Part shown: one piece after another, positions 28,315 to 32,000 of the stretch
Layout: each line of letters opens with the position of its first letter
Numbering within the stretch: position 1 is the stretch's first letter
Assembly: GCF_000341895.1 (NCBI RefSeq)
Contig: NC_020409.1
Location: 1,200,001-1,232,000, forward strand
DNA length: 32,000 bases
DNA from: Pseudodesulfovibrio piezophilus C1TLV30
GTDB taxonomy: Bacteria; Desulfobacterota; Desulfovibrionia; Desulfovibrionales; Desulfovibrionaceae
Reading direction: 5' to 3'
The notes under the pieces: model-generated
The model's input: only the letters and a program-made list of their open reading frames with translations
Databases searched by the model: none
What the model was told of the DNA's origin: nothing
Program-made: the position numbers and the translations under genes

Positions 28315-29628
28315 TTGCAAATATTCAACGAACACCAACGGGAAGTCGCAGAGACCTTACGTGAATCCGCATCCAAGTCGGATTGGACTGATTGGAAATG
28401 GCACATCCGCAATTCAATCAAATCCGTCAATGAAATCGAACGAGTTCTCGGAATCAATTTTTCTGAAGAAAAGAAGAAAACCCTTGAGCAGACAATCAAC
28501 AAATTCCCTATGTCTGTAACTCCTTATTATCTTTCTCTCATTGATGTTGAGGACTATGAAAACGATCCGGTCTTCCTACAATCCGTCCCTTCACCCGAGG
28601 AACTGAGAATTGAAAGGCATGACATGGCAGACCCACTACACGAAGATGAAGATAGTCCTGCTCCCGGAATTACTCACCGCTACCCCGATCGGGTTCTCTT
28701 TCACATCAGTAACACCTGCTCCATGTACTGCCGACACTGTACGCGAAAGCGCAAGGTCGGCGATGTTGATTCCATTCCCTGCTCAGATGATTTGGAACAG
28801 GCTCTGGAATACATCCGCAAGACGCCGCAAATTCGAGATGTCCTGTTGTCTGGCGGTGATCCATTTATGCTCTCCGACAAAAAGCTGGACTGGATACTCA
28901 CCAAAGTCCAAGAGATTGAGCATGTTGAGGTCGTTCGCATAGGAACTCGCATGCCTGTTGTTCTCCCGTACCGCATTACGGATGAACTCGTGAACATGCT
29001 GAAGAAGCATCATCCGATTTGGATCAACACCCATTTCAACCACCCCCGCGAGTTAACCACATCTTCACGCCGCGCACTGCAAAAAATGGCTGACGCAGGT
29101 ATTCCACTCGGTAACCAGAGTGTCCTCCTGGCCGGAGTGAACGACTGCCAGCGCCTCATCAAAACGCTCAACCACAAGCTCGTGAAAAACAGGGTTCGTC
29201 CATACTATCTTTACCAGTGCGATCTCTCCGAAGGACTGACACATTTTCGGACACCCATCGGAAAGGGAATCGAAATCATAGAAAGCCTCCGGGGACACAC
29301 CAGCGGATTTTCCGTCCCCACGTACGTGGTGGATGCACCGGGCGGTGGAGGGAAAATCCCGGTCATGCCCAATTATATAGTTTCCTGGGGACCAAACAAA
29401 GTGGTGCTCAGAAACTATGAAGGTGTTATCACGACATATAATGAACCGACTTCATACGAATCGAATTTCTGTGACCGTGAATGTTCCAACTGCAATCTTC
29501 AGCTCATGGAAGATGATGCGGAAGAAAAGGCGATCGGGATCGAAAAGCTCCTATCAGACTGGGATGATACCACAAGCCTCACCCCGAAGAACAATGAACG
29601 CATCAAGAGGAGAGACGATGCAGCCTGA
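28315..29628 (+). CDS. ablA: lysine 2,3-aminomutase (radical SAM, AblA/KamA)
   Basis: 437 aa. TTG start with AAGGAG 5 nt upstream. [13 protein letters not shown] is the radical-SAM motif. Family blocks include DVLLSGGDP and PYYLYQCD. Confidence 0.9.
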   Translation: MQIFNEHQREVAETLRESASKSDWTDWKWHIRNSIKSVNEIERVLGINFSEEKKKTLEQTINKFPMSVTPYYLSLIDVEDYENDPVFLQSVPSPEELRIERHDMADPLHEDEDSPAPGITHRYPDRVLFHISNTCSMYCRHCTRKRKVGDVDSIPCSDDLEQALEYIRKTPQIRDVLLSGGDPFMLSDKKLDWILTKVQEIEHVEVVRIGTRMPVVLPYRITDELVNMLKKHHPIWINTHFNHPRELTTSSRRALQKMADAGIPLGNQSVLLAGVNDCQRLIKTLNHKLVKNRVRPYYLYQCDLSEGLTHFRTPIGKGIEIIESLRGHTSGFSVPTYVVDAPGGGGKIPVMPNYIVSWGPNKVVLRNYEGVITTYNEPTSYESNFCDRECSNCNLQLMEDDAEEKAIGIEKLLSDWDDTTSLTPKNNERIKRRDDAA

Positions 29629-30457
29629 TGAAATCATACACCTGGGAGAATCAACAATTCAACACGGGCCTGCCAATGATCGAGTTTATCTGATGAAACT
29701 CGCTTCGGCAGACCTGCCCAACATCGTCAACGACATCTATGAACTGGGGAGACAACACGGCTACACCAAACTGTTTGCCAAAGTTCCTGCCCAGGATGTT
29801 GCTCACTTTGCCGCACTGGGCTTTATCGATGAAGCACGGGTTCCCTTCATGCATAAGGGGGAAACTGCCGGATATTTCATGAGCAAGTACATGGATCAGC
29901 GTCGTGGCATACCGCAAAATATCGAACGAATCTCCGAGGTGCTGGAGCTGGCGGACCAAAAGGCAGGGACACACTCAAGTCATATTTCAGACAACAGGAT
30001 CATTCGACTCCGTCTTGAACATGCTGACGAGCTGGCCGAACTCTATGGCAAGGTTTTCACAACCTACCCGTTCCCTGTCAGTGATGCTGCTTTCATTGAA
30101 GAATCCATGAAGGAGAACACTGTCTTCTTCGGCATCATCTCACAGGGGCGGCTGGTGGCTGCCGCTTCCATGGAGATTGACACAGAGTGGCAGTGTGCGG
30201 AAATGACAGATTTCGCAACGCTCCCGCAACACAGAGGCACAGGAGCAGCGGGGGCACTCTTGCTTGCCATGGAATATGCGGCCAAAGATCTCACCCTCAA
30301 AACACTCTTCACCATAGCGAGAGCTGAAAGTTTTGGCATGAACATAGTTTTTGCCCGTGCAGGCTACCTCTTTGGCGGAACCCTGCACAACAACACACAA
30401 ATAGCAGGCAAGTTGGAGAGCATGAATGTCTGGCACAAGCAGATCCTACCTCGGTAA
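29618..30457 (+). CDS. ablB: beta-lysine N6-acetyltransferase (GNAT, AblB)
   Basis: I moved the start to ATG 29618 (GAGGAG upstream, 11-nt overlap with ablA). It has a GNAT core ([14 protein letters not shown]) and the characteristic C-terminus [11 protein letters not shown]. Confidence 0.85.
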   Translation: MQPDEIIHLGESTIQHGPANDRVYLMKLASADLPNIVNDIYELGRQHGYTKLFAKVPAQDVAHFAALGFIDEARVPFMHKGETAGYFMSKYMDQRRGIPQNIERISEVLELADQKAGTHSSHISDNRIIRLRLEHADELAELYGKVFTTYPFPVSDAAFIEESMKENTVFFGIISQGRLVAAASMEIDTEWQCAEMTDFATLPQHRGTGAAGALLLAMEYAAKDLTLKTLFTIARAESFGMNIVFARAGYLFGGTLHNNTQIAGKLESMNVWHKQILPR

Positions 30458-31322
30458 AGGACCAACCTTTACAGTTAATATAGCATACACTGTCTGGTGG
30501 AACCTGTTGCTCATAACCGTAGGTGGCTTCATTGCCACCATCGGTATAAAAAGCATTGCGGTTCCACACGAGCTTGTTCCCGGCGGAATCTTCGGGTTGA
30601 GTTCGCTGCTGTATTATACGACCGGGAAACTGAATCCCGGCTGGATAAACCTCTTGTTGAATATTCCACTCTTCCTGTTCGCATGGTTCAAAGTCAGCCG
30701 CAGGTTCTTCCTATACAGCCTCTATGCAACACTTATCACCACCCTGTTTTATGAATTCATATCAATTTCTATTCCGATTCAGAACCAACTTTACGCAGCT
30801 GTCGCCAGTGGAGTAGTCACGGGATTCGGAGCAGGGATTGTTCTTCGATCCCTCGGCTCCAATGGAGGGTTGGACGTTGTAGCCGTCTACCTCTTCCAAC
30901 GATTCAACATGGGAATAGGGAGGGTGTATCTCGTCTTCAACACACTTCTCTATTTCGGCAGCCTCATGCGACTTCAACTTGATGTCATCATCGCTTCACT
31001 CATCATGGTCTTCATTACCGGAATGATCATTGACCAGACCCTCTCCTTGTTCAGCCAACGCAAAGTCGTCTTTATCATTTCGAATTTTGCCAATGAGATA
31101 AGCAACGACATCCTGACTCAACTCAAACAGAGCGCGACATTCCTCAAGGGCTTTGGCGCATATTCGAGAAAGGAAAAAAACGTTCTGATGACAGTTGTCA
31201 ACAACGTCCAGCTCAAAAAATTGGAAGAGATAACATTTACCCATGATGACGAGGCACTCTTCATAGTTGAAAACACCTTCTCTGTTACCGGCTCAAGCTT
31301 CTCGCGCAGAAAGATATACTGA
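30426..31322 (+). CDS. YitT-family membrane protein (DUF161 repeats plus C-terminal DUF2179-like domain)
   Basis: 298 aa with a polytopic N-terminal part and a soluble C-terminal domain (NVLMTVVNNVQLKKLEEI...FIVENTFSVTG). The ATG overlaps the ablB 3' end by 32 nt, and GGAGAG lies 7 nt upstream. Confidence 0.8.
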   Translation: MSGTSRSYLGKGPTFTVNIAYTVWWNLLLITVGGFIATIGIKSIAVPHELVPGGIFGLSSLLYYTTGKLNPGWINLLLNIPLFLFAWFKVSRRFFLYSLYATLITTLFYEFISISIPIQNQLYAAVASGVVTGFGAGIVLRSLGSNGGLDVVAVYLFQRFNMGIGRVYLVFNTLLYFGSLMRLQLDVIIASLIMVFITGMIIDQTLSLFSQRKVVFIISNFANEISNDILTQLKQSATFLKGFGAYSRKEKNVLMTVVNNVQLKKLEEITFTHDDEALFIVENTFSVTGSSFSRRKIY

Positions 31323-31586
31323 GAAACAGACGAATGATTGCAATCAACAAAGATCATCTCACAGAAAGCACCACACACCCGACAAAACATCAACTGACCA
31401 TGCATGTTCCACCAAACTCTCCACATGGACCCCACGGAAGGAGGTGCACGGTAAGAGGTGAGATCCCTGACACCATATGAATGGACAGCGATAATTCGCG
31501 AGAACTTTTATCATCTTTTTTACAGAGCAATATTACCGGGTCGCTGGCAATACACCCAATGCAACTCGTTCCGAATCAGCATTGAC

Positions 31587-31621
31587 AAAAGGGGGAGGAG
31601 CGGATGCCCCCCCCTTTTTTA
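31587..31621. terminator. bidirectional rho-independent terminator
   Basis: AAAAGGGGGAGG-agcggat-GCCCCCCCCTTTTTT has an A-tract, G/C stem and T-tract. It lies 18 nt downstream of the minus-strand gene stop at 31639. Confidence 0.6.
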
Positions 31622-31638
31622 TGACAGAATTTGAGTCG

Positions 31639-32000
31639 TCAATACAGAGCACCCATGTTGGCCGCAGTATGGATAGTATCGACAAAGAATCCGGCCCGCC
31701 CCGCCAGTTCGCCAAAGAGGACAAGGATAGGGAGCCACACAGGAATGGTTCTGGTTTTCACCATCACGGCAAGAGAAACCACCAGCACACCCACATGGGT
31801 CCAATACAGGCCCGATGCAAACCAGGCCTGCCCGGTCAAACGCATGACTTTTCCACCAGAAAGCCAGACACACGGCGCGACAAGATACAAAACCACCCCG
31901 ACAACAAGCCCTGTCGTAAAAATACGCGCCAGAAGCGGCTGACGCTCTCCCCCGGCAAACCAGCTGGCGAATCCCGCGCCCAGAATTACGGCAGTCGTCA
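31639..32000 (-). CDS. integral membrane protein, C-terminal part (5' end outside the window); possibly a DmsC/NrfD-like anchor
   Basis: My hand translation shows the minus frame open from the window edge (TTAVILGAGFASWF...) to the stop at 31639. It is hydrophobic throughout. The functional guess rests only on the C-terminal ELAGRAGFF motif and is weak. Confidence 0.55.
   Translation of the reverse strand, partial: TTAVILGAGFASWFAGGERQPLLARIFTTGLVVGVVLYLVAPCVWLSGGKVMRLTGQAWFASGLYWTHVGVLVVSLAVMVKTRTIPVWLPILVLFGELAGRAGFFVDTIHTAANMGALY

Overview
The gene content looks like a chromosomal segment from a sulfate- or sulfite-respiring, Desulfovibrionaceae-like deltaproteobacterium, possibly marine. 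That assignment is inference from gene content only. From left to right the window holds six blocks. (1) 546-5687: a five-gene peptide/nickel/opine-type ABC importer. (2) 6017-16644: a sigma54-wired organosulfonate glycyl-radical locus. It comprises an IslA/IseG-like glycyl radical enzyme and its activase, a PAS/AAA+ enhancer-binding protein co-transcribed with a TauE/SafE-type transporter, an atypical amidohydrolase-2 protein, and a TRAP transporter. I found four sigma54 -24/-12 promoters and a recurring TGCA-N4-TGCA box family in this block. (3) 16958-22804: an arsenic and thiol-redox island. It runs arsR, ArsP-like permease, mini-thioredoxin, lipoprotein thioredoxin, CcdA, then arsR-acr3-arsC-arsC. 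(4) 23398-27464: a Tat-exported two-subunit molybdo-hydroxylase (IorAB-like) followed by a PAS-LuxR regulator. (5) 27770-31322: decayed relics of a polar amino-acid ABC transporter, directly followed by ablA-ablB (N-epsilon-acetyl-beta-lysine osmolyte synthesis) translationally coupled to a YitT-family membrane protein. (6) 31639-32000: the 3' part of a minus-strand membrane protein gene that continues past the window edge. I saw no rRNA, tRNA, CRISPR array, transposase or integrase. The most promising lead for new biology is block 2. The GRE carries what I recall as the isethionate sulfite-lyase residue set. However, the locus adds an amidohydrolase-fold protein that has lost the canonical metal ligands and has its own sigma54 promoter, which suggests an undescribed step feeding the C-S lyase.
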